DNA of 36,841 nt from a bacterium (GTDB taxonomy: Bacteria; Margulisbacteria; WOR-1; O2-12-FULL-45-9; XYB2-FULL-48-7): positions 1 to 36,841 of the forward strand of contig JBDRLW010000012.1 in NCBI GenBank assembly GCA_043812655.1, written 5' to 3'. The position numbers and the translations under genes are program-made. Below the pieces are notes generated by a model that was not told the DNA's origin, did no database searches, and saw only the letters and a program-made list of their open reading frames with translations. Of the stretch, positions 36,405-36,841 are shown one piece after another (positions within the stretch are counted from its first letter, which is position 1; each line of letters opens with the position of its first letter).

Positions 36405-36479
36405 TGACCTTCCCCCCAAAAACTGGACCACTTGCAATTAGAATTTAGGCCGATAAACTAATACAAGGGGGGTGCGTTT

Positions 36480-36746
36480 ATGAGCGGGAAAAGACTCACT
36501 GAAGAACAGATCATTGGGGCATTGAAGGAGGCGGAGGCAGGGATTCCAATACCTGATCTTTGCCGCAAACATGGGATCCATCAGACAACTTTCTACAACT
36601 GGAAGGCAAAGTATGGTGGATTGTCAGTAAGCGAGGCGAGACGTCTTAAAGCGTTGGAGGATGAGAATCGGCGGCTCAAAAGCATTGTCGCCGATCAGAC
36701 GCTGGATATCCAGGCGCTAAAGGCAGTTGTCTCAAAAAACTTCTAA
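36480..36746 (+). CDS. IS3-family transposase OrfA (HTH)
   Basis: TEEQIIGALKEAEAG...DLCRKHGI...TFYNWKAKYGG...LKALEDENRRLK.IVAD..LD. Confidence 0.96.
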   Translation: MSGKRLTEEQIIGALKEAEAGIPIPDLCRKHGIHQTTFYNWKAKYGGLSVSEARRLKALEDENRRLKSIVADQTLDIQALKAVVSKNF

Positions 36747-36841
36747 CGCCCGAGGCAAAGAAACAAGCCGTGAAATATCTCACTGGCAGCTTTGGGCGGA
36801 GTATAAGGCGGGCCTGCAAGCTGGTTAGCTTGTCAAAGTCG
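36734..36841 (+). CDS. IS3-family transposase OrfB N-terminus in the -1 frame (partial)
   Basis: The -1 frame is open to the window end: KKLLTPEAKKQAVKYLTGSFGRSIRRACKLVSLSKS, with the typical S.RRAC motif; A_AAA_AAC at 36734-36740. Confidence 0.9.

Larger units (their letters stand above)
36405..36841 (+). mobile_element. IS3-family insertion sequence (IS407-group-like), left portion
   Basis: Left end TGACCTTCCCCCCAAAAACTGGACCA starts with 5'-TG; orfA, A6C slippery site and orfB start are present; truncated by the window edge. Confidence 0.92.

Noticed and set aside
36449..36456. Perfect sigma-28 -10 box GCCGATAA upstream of IS orfA
   Set aside because: No TGAAATTT or TAAA element at the spacing seen at the two other sites, and it lies inside the IS end; probably chance.

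Overview
Mostly housekeeping chromosome of a diderm bacterium. The gene set (GuaB3-type IMP dehydrogenase, LptD-like protein, Firmicutes-like aroQ-peptidase and PAP2-dxs neighbourhoods) suggests a non-photosynthetic relative of Cyanobacteria such as Saganbacteria/Margulisbacteria; this placement is inference only. Gene order: 3' end of dnaE, hisI, an orphan, Bro-N and dinD, uvrA, dnaB, LptD-like, tmk, alaS, ruvX, mltG; an AT-rich accessory block (HExxH zincin plus two secreted beta-propeller proteins sharing a C-terminal Ig-like domain and a duplicated promoter); guaA, guaB3, htrA, YgiT zinc finger; glyA, ftsE, ftsX, SurA/TPR PPIase, a small beta-barrel-like protein; a pseudogene remnant, phosphohexomutase, PBP1A; aroQ, M24 peptidase, ispD, divergent PAP2, dxs; a transglutaminase-TPR gene cut by an IS3-family element that runs off the right edge. 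I found no rRNA, tRNA or CRISPR array. The most unusual signals lie below gene scale: (1) several families of small palindromic or tandem repeats inside coding sequence, supplying stop codons or in-frame peptides; (2) strong enrichment of CGATCG, the core of cyanobacterial HIP1, in core genes but not in accessory DNA; (3) a shared sigma-28-like promoter motif in front of two unrelated orphan genes; (4) several apparently leaderless genes. All counts and alignments were done by eye.
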